Shown: positions 9,825 through 16,412, counted from the first letter of the stretch. The stretch: 43,262 nucleotides of DNA from Acutalibacteraceae bacterium (GCA_045579885.1 JAZNMV010000196.1:1-43262), one strand, 5' to 3'. Notes: a model not told the origin generated them from the letters alone. A program made the numbers and translations.

Positions 9825-10514
9825 ATGCTTAACGCAACAGACATGAGCCCTGCTGATATTGCAGCGGTTACCAACAACAATCGTGGAGGCGGCTTCGGCG
9901 ACGGAGACGGCTGGTGGATTATCCTGCTGTTCCTGTTTGGCTTTGGTCGCGGCTACGGCGGCTTTGGCGGCGGTGGTTACGGCAATCCCGCAACGCAGGC
10001 CGATCTTGCTGCCGGCTTCAACAACTCTGCCGTGCTCTCGTCCTTGAACGATATCAAGATGGGGCAGGCGCAGGCGATCAACTACAACAATCAGGGTTTC
10101 AACGGTCTGAACACGGCTCTGCTTCAGGGTTTCAACGGCGTTGAACGCGGATTCTGTGACATCTCGCATCAGATCTCTGATTGCTGCTGCGGCACCAAAC
10201 AGGCGATTGCGGACGTCAAGTACACCGTTGCCCAGGAAGCGTGCGAAACGCGCCACGCTCTTGCCAACAACACCCGCGACATCGTTGACAATGCCAACAG
10301 CAACACCCGTGCGATCCTTGATTTTCTGACGCAGGACAAGATCGCTACGTTGCAGGCGGAAAACCAGCGGCTGCAGCTCGCGGCGTCTCAGGCGAAGCAG
10401 AACCAGTACCTGATCAACGAGCTGAGACCTTGCCCGGTTCCGGCGTACATCACGTGCAATCCGTATGCGGCGTCCTACGGCTTTTGCGGTACCGGCTGCA
10501 ACAACGGCTTCTAA
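9825..10514 (+). CDS. Gly-rich hydrophobic-segment plus coiled-coil protein with Cys clusters
   Basis: GAAAGGA RBS; GGGFGDGDGWWIILLFLFGFG segment, heptad region, DCCC motif and Cys-rich C-terminus. Confidence 0.85.
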   Translation: MLNATDMSPADIAAVTNNNRGGGFGDGDGWWIILLFLFGFGRGYGGFGGGGYGNPATQADLAAGFNNSAVLSSLNDIKMGQAQAINYNNQGFNGLNTALLQGFNGVERGFCDISHQISDCCCGTKQAIADVKYTVAQEACETRHALANNTRDIVDNANSNTRAILDFLTQDKIATLQAENQRLQLAASQAKQNQYLINELRPCPVPAYITCNPYAASYGFCGTGCNNGF

Positions 10515-10570
10515 AAACACAGCTTTCCCGAATAAGCGGGGATGGTCGGTTAAACCGATATTGTAATTAC

Positions 10571-10600
10571 GGGCGGCGGGGTTGCCATGCCCTGCCGCCC
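10571..10600 (+). promoter_or_regulatory. GC-rich intergenic stem-loop (mRNA stability or partial terminator)
   Basis: gggcggcgggg...ccctgccgccc, without a strong U tract. Confidence 0.55.
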
Positions 10601-10625
10601 TTATCACAGAAAGGGTGATATTAAG

Positions 10626-11063
10626 ATGGCAGAATATAGCTTTGTACCTACGCAGACAGTGACGGTCGATTCGAACGTGCTCTTTGCCAACGGCAGTCGT
10701 GCCTGCCGCAAAGGATTTGTGCAGCATCGCGACGATTCTGGTATATTCTTTCTGCGCGGCGCGACGAACCAGTGCAAAGCGGTGTATCGCGTGACGTTTG
10801 ACGCGAACGTAGCGGTAGCTGCTGCGGCTGACGGCGGTGTGTTAGAACCGGTTTCTTTGGCTCTGACAATTAACGGCGAACAGCTTGGCAACGCCTTGGC
10901 GACAGTCACTCCGGCGGCGATCGGCGATTTCTTCGCGGTCAGCAGAACGACCTTTATCGAAGTGCCGTGTAGTTGCTGCGTGACGGTCTCCGTCGAAAAC
11001 GCGAGTGATACCACGGCGATCGATGTTTCCAACGCAAATATTGTGATTGAGCGGGTAGCTTGA
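10626..11063 (+). CDS. All-beta protein, possibly BclA-C/C1q/TNF-like fold
   Basis: Start MAEYS after AAAGGGTGA RBS. Alternating beta-strand pattern (YRVTFDANVAV, VSLALTING, ANIVIERVA). Fold is an inference. Confidence 0.65.
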   Translation: MAEYSFVPTQTVTVDSNVLFANGSRACRKGFVQHRDDSGIFFLRGATNQCKAVYRVTFDANVAVAAAADGGVLEPVSLALTINGEQLGNALATVTPAAIGDFFAVSRTTFIEVPCSCCVTVSVENASDTTAIDVSNANIVIERVA

Positions 11064-11080
11064 AAGGGGCTGATAAGAAG

Positions 11081-11527
11081 ATGAAATATCTCCACACCAT
11101 TAAGAAAATGCTGTGTGCCGAACTGGAAAAAATCTCGAACGACGGCGAACTTTCCGCGGGTGCGCTCGATACCATCCACAAGCTGACGGACACGATCAAG
11201 AACATTGACAAGATCGTCATGCTTGAAGAGGATGGCGGGTACAGCCAGGATGGTGGCTGGGAGGCGAGAGGAGTGTACCGCGACGGCAACAGCTACGACG
11301 AAGGCGGTTCCAGCTATCGTCGCAGACGCGACCGCATGGGCCGATATGCCCGCGATGGCGGTGGAAATAGTTACGGCGGTGGCAACAGCTACGGCAGAGG
11401 TAATTATTCCCGCGACGGCGGCAAGGAGCGCCTGATCGAGCAGATGGAGGAAATGATGGATGAAGCTGAAAATCCCCAGGAGAAGGAAGCCATTCGTCGT
11501 TGCATCCAAAACATGCGCAATGCGTAA
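11081..11527 (+). CDS. Hypothetical protein with Gly/Tyr/Arg-rich low-complexity centre
   Basis: RRRRDRMGRY motif and GNSYG repeats between helical termini. Confidence 0.85.
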   Translation: MKYLHTIKKMLCAELEKISNDGELSAGALDTIHKLTDTIKNIDKIVMLEEDGGYSQDGGWEARGVYRDGNSYDEGGSSYRRRRDRMGRYARDGGGNSYGGGNSYGRGNYSRDGGKERLIEQMEEMMDEAENPQEKEAIRRCIQNMRNA

Positions 11528-11532
11528 TGCAT

Positions 11533-11576
11533 AAAAAAATGGCGCTGCAAGTACCAGTTGCAGCGCCATTTGCTTT
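11533..11576. terminator. Bidirectional rho-independent terminator
   Basis: aaatggcgctgcaa/ttgcagcgccattt 14-bp stem, with an A run on the left and T-rich sequence on the right. Confidence 0.85.
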
Positions 11577-11608
11577 GTCGATGTCAGTCCACAAAGCGCA
11601 GAAAGGAT
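11533..11608 (-). ncRNA. Candidate ~75-nt antisense sRNA with anti-Shine-Dalgarno 5' tail
   Basis: Minus-strand promoter TTGCAC-17-TGcTATAAT (11643..11615), predicted 5' AUCCUUUCU, internal hairpin gctttgt/acaaagc, then the terminator. Confidence 0.55.
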
Positions 11609-11823
11609 GTTCTTATTATAGCACATTATTTACACGTGTGCAAGCGGCGTGTACACTTTTGTGTGCACTCTTGGTGTAAACTAATTTTCAAAAGATGGTA
11701 AAAAGTTTTCGTTTTTGAATTTGTTGATATGCTTATTTTGTGAGAAAAATGCTCTCTGAAAAACAGAAAAAAACAAAATATCAAAAAAACGCACTTTTTA
11801 TTTGATTTTGGCACGCTGACAAA

Positions 11824-11858
11824 TAAAAAAAGAGGGGGTAACGAATTACCCTCTCTTT
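11824..11858 (-). terminator. Terminator immediately downstream of the tRNA 3' fragment
   Basis: Minus strand: aaagagagggtaa-ttcg-ttaccccctc-ttttttt. Confidence 0.75.
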
Positions 11859-11888
11859 GGTGCCGGTGGCGGGGGTCGAACCCGCACG
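11858..11888 (-). other. attP: attP core: 3' end of a tRNA (probably tRNA-Leu), T-arm + acceptor strand + CCA
   Basis: Reverse complement reads cgtgcgggttcgacccccgccaccggcacca, containing a GGTTCGA T-loop and terminal CCA; it lies just downstream of the integrase. Confidence 0.85.
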
Positions 11889-11954
11889 AATAGTCTGTTT
11901 TATCTTAGGGAAAATACGATTTCCAAAAACCGTGTGCACTTTTGTGTGCATTTT

Positions 11955-13013
11955 CTATATTTCTTTTGTTTCAACGCTTGAAAACTTCGACGTGTAAAAA
12001 TTGTCGATCGTGTTATAGACTTCCCGTTTTTTGTCGGTCATCAGATGGAAGTATACCTTTTTTAACATTACATCGTCTTTATGTCCGATGATATCGATGA
12101 TGTATTTGTTCGGGATGTTTAACGCAAGCATTGAGGATGCGAAATAATGCCGGAGGTCATGGAAACGGAAACGACGTATACCGGCCTTGTCGAGCAGTTC
12201 CGGGAATCTGTCGGTAATCGAAGAGGCTGGGACCTGTGTGACGCGTTCGTTTATTCGCTCGGCTCTTTCCAAATATTCCCGGATCGGCGCGAAGATTGGA
12301 ACGGTTCGTGTACCGCTGTATGTTTTGGGCGATTTTTCGACCCACTCTTTTTTTAAGTCGTCCATTGCGACTGCTCTACAAATGTGGATGCAGTTATTTT
12401 CAAAGTCGATATCTTCCCAACGGAGAGCGACGATTTCACCGCGACGCATTCCTAAGAACGCAGCGAAAACTACCGGCATTTCGTATCTTGTGCCGCGCAC
12501 TGCATTTAACAAGGTGGTGACTTCTTCGTGTGTCGGGATATACAGTTCGGATTTTCTGGGAGCAGGCTTTTTTAACTCTTTTGAGCTGATATACACTTTT
12601 TTAGATTTCAAGACAGCCACAATTAACCGGATGGCGTTTTCTACCGTTTTTGGAGCGCGCTCGTCTGCGTAATCGTTGATATATTTTCGCAGAATTTCTG
12701 TATCGATTTCGGCGATTGGCAAATGCAATAGTTCGCTTGGGAGATTTCGCTGAATGGTGCGATATCCACGCGAGGTAGACGCTGAAAACGATTTACTATT
12801 GTCGTTGATATAATCGGTCAGGGCTTGTGAAAATGTTGTATTTTGCGGTTCGTCATTGTGGTGCTTTTTTGCCAGGTAGATTGCGGCGGCGAGCTCGGCC
12901 TCGCGTTTTGTTGGCGCGGTAAAACTTTTGCGCAACTGTTTCCCATTTGTGTTTGTGCCTATATATGCGACAACGCGCCAGTTGCCGGACGGAAGCTTTG
13001 TTGCTTTTGCCAT
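11955..13013 (-). CDS. int: Tyrosine integrase
   Basis: Catalytic residues GMRRGE (R), SPKT (K), HDLRH (HxxR), GH and KVY (Y); N-terminal arm-binding domain; start MAKAT after AGGTGA RBS. Confidence 0.95.
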   Translation of the reverse strand: MAKATKLPSGNWRVVAYIGTNTNGKQLRKSFTAPTKREAELAAAIYLAKKHHNDEPQNTTFSQALTDYINDNSKSFSASTSRGYRTIQRNLPSELLHLPIAEIDTEILRKYINDYADERAPKTVENAIRLIVAVLKSKKVYISSKELKKPAPRKSELYIPTHEEVTTLLNAVRGTRYEMPVVFAAFLGMRRGEIVALRWEDIDFENNCIHICRAVAMDDLKKEWVEKSPKTYSGTRTVPIFAPIREYLERAERINERVTQVPASSITDRFPELLDKAGIRRFRFHDLRHYFASSMLALNIPNKYIIDIIGHKDDVMLKKVYFHLMTDKKREVYNTIDNFYTSKFSSVETKEI

Positions 13014-13017
13014 AATA

Positions 13018-13617
13018 TCACCTAAAGAAGCCCCATGCGTTCGTGAACGCGTCGGCAACCAACAAACCGATAATCATTGCGCCGAGAATGCCGATCGTGA
13101 CGGACAACGCGAAGATCACTCGGTTCTTACGGTCAATGTGTCGGTTACGGAATTCGATTTCTTTCTGGAAAAAGCTCTCTTGCTTGCCGTTGATATCTTC
13201 GGCTGCTTTGAGCGCGTTTTTTGTGCGGACAAGTTCGGCATCTTTTTCTTCAAGAGCTTTTGCAATGTTCGTTTCTTCGATCTGCGCGGCAACCGGGTCA
13301 AAGCACGGATACTTACCCCATGAACCACCAGTCAGCGCATGGGTGATTGCGGCCATCGTCTCGCGGCGAACATCGGTCGAACGACCGGAAAGAACACTAT
13401 CGACCGTACCCTTGGAAAGATTTCCGGCTTCGGCGATATCTGCGTGAGACATATCCACGATTCCGGCGCGGAGCGTGCACCACTCGCGCCAACGATCAAA
13501 GCTCATTGCAAGAAAATTCGGGCCATCGCAGGTCACGCCGATCTTTGGGCAGTCAAGGCAAATATTATATGGCTTTTCTTTGTCAAGGACTAATTTTTTA
13601 AGGTGTTTATAGGGCAT
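13018..13617 (-). CDS. Membrane-anchored XRE-type HTH protein with N-terminal Cys cluster
   Basis: CLDCPKIGVTC; SHADIAEAGNLSKGTVDSVLSG (HTH); coiled coil; C-terminal TM helix; GGAGG RBS before MPYKH. Confidence 0.75.
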   Translation of the reverse strand: MPYKHLKKLVLDKEKPYNICLDCPKIGVTCDGPNFLAMSFDRWREWCTLRAGIVDMSHADIAEAGNLSKGTVDSVLSGRSTDVRRETMAAITHALTGGSWGKYPCFDPVAAQIEETNIAKALEEKDAELVRTKNALKAAEDINGKQESFFQKEIEFRNRHIDRKNRVIFALSVTIGILGAMIIGLLVADAFTNAWGFFR

Positions 13618-13706
13618 TTTAGCAGCCTCCAAAGTGTTTTTTGGGGAAACATGAAAATAACAATCAAACTTTGCGCTTAAATAAAGCAATGATTTCGCTT
13701 TCCATG

Positions 13707-13822
13707 TTGCGTTTCGGAGGCTGTTGTGGTATGCTAATGACGGTCAAGAGACCACGCCAGCCACCGTGCTGGGGGCGAGCCGATTTGCAGTTTGGCGACG
13801 GCGGTCGGCTCGCCGTTTTTCT
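13707..13822 (+). ncRNA. Candidate ~80-nt sRNA with its own promoter and terminator-like hairpin
   Basis: TTGCGT-17-TGgTATGCT promoter; hairpins ccagc/gctgg and ggcgagccga/tcggctcgcc followed by a T tract; no RBS-supported ORF. Confidence 0.45.
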
Positions 13823-13886
13823 ATCTATTTACACGGCACTGTACAGATTATTGGACAGCATCCGTGCTATTATATGAAAACAAACA

Positions 13887-13898
13887 AAACAAATGTTC
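13887..13898 (+). promoter_or_regulatory. Putative LexA/DinR SOS box
   Basis: AAAC-aaat-GTTC is one mismatch from GAAC-N4-GTTC and lies between an extended -10 (TGcTATTAT 13865-13873) and the RBS. Confidence 0.45.
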
Positions 13899-13917
13899 TT
13901 TGTGGAGGGGTAAAAAA

Positions 13918-14079
13918 ATGACAAGGGAAGAGGCGAGGTCAATTTTGAAGAAGCTGACCGCGGAGGAACTGGTCAAATTGGAACAGATGATAGACGAGCT
14001 TGACCGGCAACGCAAGACCAAACACAAGTTGGTTATTTTGGAGCGCGTAAAAGGAGGGGAAGAAGCGAAGGACGCGTAG
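13918..14079 (+). CDS. Small 53-aa protein convergent with the repressor, candidate antirepressor
   Basis: GGAGGGG RBS; MTREEARSILKKLTAEELVKLEQMIDEL. Confidence 0.65.
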   Translation: MTREEARSILKKLTAEELVKLEQMIDELDRQRKTKHKLVILERVKGGEEAKDA

Positions 14080-14084
14080 GCGTC

Positions 14085-14420
14085 TTATTCGTCGCGCTGC
14101 GCTGCGAGCCAATCGGCAAAAGCAATTGTTTTCTCGATATCCTCCGGGTGCATCTTCATCAGTTTGTCAAGCACCCTCTCCACGTTTTCATTGAGCTCAC
14201 CGCTATTATCGGCGGTGGGCTTTTCTTTTTGCTCAGTTTTATCGGTCAGATATTCAACCGTGGTATTGAGCTTGTCTGCGATAAACAATAGTTGGTCTTC
14301 TGATAAAAATGTTTTTCCATTTTTAACGTCAGTCATAAATGAACGTTGGCGGCGAAATGCGTCGCAAAAGAACTTCATTTTGATACCAGCCGCATCTGAC
14401 AAGGCACGAATCTTGTCCAT
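14085..14420 (-). CDS. CI-like XRE-family repressor, 111 aa, no S24 peptidase domain
   Basis: MDKIRALS...IADKLNTTVEYLTDKTEQKEKP XRE signature; divergent from cro-like genes. Confidence 0.8.
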   Translation of the reverse strand: MDKIRALSDAAGIKMKFFCDAFRRQRSFMTDVKNGKTFLSEDQLLFIADKLNTTVEYLTDKTEQKEKPTADNSGELNENVERVLDKLMKMHPEDIEKTIAFADWLAAQRDE

Positions 14421-14477
14421 ATTTACGTGTGGCACTTTAGCCAAAATAAACACCTTCTTTTTGTGCAAAATGCAGAA

Positions 14478-14531
14478 TCCGACATTTGCAAGAATTTTGG
14501 TATTGACTTTCCGACAAATGTAAGATATACT
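14478..14531 (+). promoter_or_regulatory. Lytic promoter (TTGACT-17-TATACT) with two operator-like repeats
   Basis: -35 at 14503 and -10 at 14526; tccgacatttgcaaga (14478-14493) and tccgacaaatgtaaga (14510-14525) are imperfect palindromes. Confidence 0.75.
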
Positions 14532-14637
14532 TATCTCACACAAACACCCATCTCCTCCTGTAGTAACCACGGAGCAGGCTAATGGCAGAAGGCTTCTCCG
14601 TGGTTTTACAGCGAGGCTCATTGTAATAACTTATTAC

Positions 14638-14667
14638 ATTATAGCACAGTAGAGGAGCGGGTGTCAA
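14638..14667 (-). promoter_or_regulatory. Leftward promoter TTGACA-18-TGcTATAAT facing the lytic promoter
   Basis: Near-consensus sigmaA elements on the minus strand. Confidence 0.7.
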
Positions 14668-14685
14668 CAAAAGGAGGATGAAAAT

Positions 14686-14904
14686 ATGACAAAAATGGGA
14701 GGCGACATCAAAACGCGCCTGCTGGCGGTTGGGAAAACGCAAGTTGACATCATGCACGAGGTCAACAAGATTCCCGGCATGAAGGCCACGCCGCCGCAGA
14801 TCTCCAACGCGATCAGCAATCCGAGTTACCCGAAGCTGGTTGCGCTGCGCGAAATCATCAACGAGCTGCTGAACAAATGGGAAGCAGCGGCCAAAGCAGA
14901 ATAA
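14686..14904 (+). CDS. Cro-like HTH regulator
   Basis: First gene of the rightward early operon; AGGAGG RBS; HTH-like KTQVDIMHEV...TPPQISNAIS. Confidence 0.7.
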   Translation: MTKMGGDIKTRLLAVGKTQVDIMHEVNKIPGMKATPPQISNAISNPSYPKLVALREIINELLNKWEAAAKAE

Positions 14905-14926
14905 TAAACGGGAGGTAGATGGGATT

Positions 14927-15190
14927 ATGGCTGCGAAAAAACTTGCTGCGGTGAAGAAGGGTGCGCCCGGCGTTCTTGGTATTCTGACGTCGAACCTTTC
15001 GTTCCTGCGCTTCATCCGGCGGTACACGATGGGCGAACTCGGTACGGTATGCGACGTTTCGCAGCCGACACTGCGCAAGCTCTTGAAGGATCCGCGCGAT
15101 CTGACGATCGGCCAGTTGTTGGCGATCTCGGAGCTGGCAGATATCAACCCCTGCGACATGCTGTCGTACCAGTTTTACGGAGGCGATTAA
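14927..15190 (+). CDS. HTH DNA-binding protein
   Basis: TMGELGTVCDVSQPTLRKLLKDP; GGAGG RBS. Confidence 0.65.
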   Translation: MAAKKLAAVKKGAPGVLGILTSNLSFLRFIRRYTMGELGTVCDVSQPTLRKLLKDPRDLTIGQLLAISELADINPCDMLSYQFYGGD

Positions 15191-15193
15191 GAT

Positions 15194-15367
15194 ATGTTCC
15201 GGAAACCATATGAGCGTCGCGTTCAAAAGATGAACAAGCGTTGCTTTTACGAGAGCGTGGATTTGCGCACGAAGCGAGAAAAAGAAAAGCGCGAGAAAGA
15301 AGAAATTGATAAAATAATCCGCGACGTTTTGGCCGCGGGAAAACAAGGAGAGACCAAACATGATTGA
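15194..15367 (+). CDS. Small basic hypothetical protein, 57 aa
   Basis: Translated by hand (MFRKPYERRVQKMNK...); GGAGG RBS; fills the operon gap. Confidence 0.55.
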   Translation: MFRKPYERRVQKMNKRCFYESVDLRTKREKEKREKEEIDKIIRDVLAAGKQGETKHD

Positions 15368-15578
15368 GCTTTTGAAAATCTTGGGTCAAGAAATCCGACC
15401 GCTTCTTCGCACGATCTTCGGGATCGTCGGTGTGGTATCGGTGGTGGCGCTGTTCGGGTGCCTGGGTACCGCGGAACTCGCGGAAGGCGCGGCAGACTTT
15501 TCGGAAGCTCTCTCGCAGGCGCTGGGCTTTGGTACCGCCGCCGCTGTTTTTGGGTCCCTCTTTTTTATTTTGGAATAA
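15360..15578 (+). CDS. Small two-TM membrane protein
   Basis: Two hydrophobic stretches; AAGGAG RBS. Confidence 0.7.
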   Translation: MIELLKILGQEIRPLLRTIFGIVGVVSVVALFGCLGTAELAEGAADFSEALSQALGFGTAAAVFGSLFFILE

Positions 15579-15590
15579 AGGAGAAAGAAC

Positions 15591-15956
15591 ATGGAAAACA
15601 GAGAAATTACGATCAACGGTGTCGTTTACGTTCCGAAGGACGAGGTGGCAGAAAAGGCGCAGATGCGCGACGGTATGGAGCATTGCATCGTGCGCACATA
15701 CTCGGCGGGTGTGTTTGCCGGGTACGTCGAGAGCAGAGACGGCAAGGAAGCCGTGCTGCGTGACGCGCGGCGTATTTGGTATTGGGACGGCGCGGCCACA
15801 CTTTCGCAGCTTGCAACGGACGGTACGAACAAGCCTGAGAACTGCAAGTTCCCGTGCACGGTTGACAAGGTTATTCTGACCGAGGTTATTGAGATCATCC
15901 CGACCACGGAAAAGGCGCGTCAGAGCATCGAAAGCGTGGCTGTATGGAAGATGTAA
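15591..15956 (+). CDS. Conserved phage protein (DUF6948-like)
   Basis: IVRTYSAGVFAG...ARRIWYWDGAATLSQLA; family name recalled, not searched. Confidence 0.75.
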   Translation: MENREITINGVVYVPKDEVAEKAQMRDGMEHCIVRTYSAGVFAGYVESRDGKEAVLRDARRIWYWDGAATLSQLATDGTNKPENCKFPCTVDKVILTEVIEIIPTTEKARQSIESVAVWKM

Positions 15957-16108
15957 ATAAAGTCTCCGGCGACGGTTACGGCTCCGGCTCCGGCTCCGGC
16001 TACGGCGACGGCGACGGCTCCGGCGACGGCTACGGCTCCGGTTACGGCTCCGGCGACGGCTACGGCTCCGGTTACGGCTCCGGTTACGGCTCCGGTTACT
16101 ATTTTTAA
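15944..16108 (+). CDS. 54-aa Gly-X (GSGYGDG) repeat microprotein
   Basis: Translated by hand: MEDVNKVSGDGYGSGSGSGYGDGDGSGDGYGSGYGSGDGYGSGYGSGYGSGYYF; built from 6-bp GG(C/T)-TCC/TAC/GAC units. Confidence 0.65.
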   Translation: MEDVNKVSGDGYGSGSGSGYGDGDGSGDGYGSGYGSGDGYGSGYGSGYGSGYYF

Positions 16109-16139
16109 CTTTTTATTTTGGAATAAAGGAGAAAGAACG

Positions 16140-16412
16140 ATGAAACCGAAAGAAATCAAAATCGATGGCGTTACCTACGTTCCGAAGCAGGAGGAACGCA
16201 AGCAGAATAAACCTTTGCTGAACATTCGTGTTGACGAGGGAGACGGCTTTCACACCGTTACGGTTGAAGCAAATGGAAACGCTTCCGAGATTTTGGCTGC
16301 ATGGTCTAATTGTAGCTGTTCTTTGTTTGATCATATCAGCGTGGATCTCTCGGAAGCTTTTGCCGCTTTGATGGCAACAGAAGCCATTTTGCACAACCGA
16401 TCGGAGGGTTAA
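16140..16412 (+). CDS. Hypothetical protein
   Basis: AAGGAG RBS; N-terminus homologous to that of the 15591 gene. Confidence 0.75.
   Translation: MKPKEIKIDGVTYVPKQEERKQNKPLLNIRVDEGDGFHTVTVEANGNASEILAAWSNCSCSLFDHISVDLSEAFAALMATEAILHNRSEG

Larger units (their letters stand above)
11648..11950. repeat. Integrase arm-type site candidates flanking the attP core
   Basis: cgtgtacacttttgtgtgca (11648-11667) and cgtgtgcacttttgtgtgca (11931-11950) are 19/20 identical and each contains tandem gtgt(a/g)ca units. Confidence 0.7.
15562..16138 (+). repeat. 29-bp direct repeats containing RBSs (15562-15590 and 16110-16138)
   Basis: tttttattttggaataaaggagaaagaac occurs twice, each time before an ATG. Confidence 0.9.

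Noticed and set aside
11858-11888. Complete tRNA gene
   Set aside because: Only the T-arm, 3' acceptor strand and CCA are present; there is no D-arm or anticodon arm upstream. It is better explained as the attP core.
15960-16100. CRISPR array or minus-strand VTGAVAVAG protein (15920..16159)
   Set aside because: The 6-bp units have no spacers. The plus-strand Gly-X frame fits the operon direction, so the minus ORF is its shadow.
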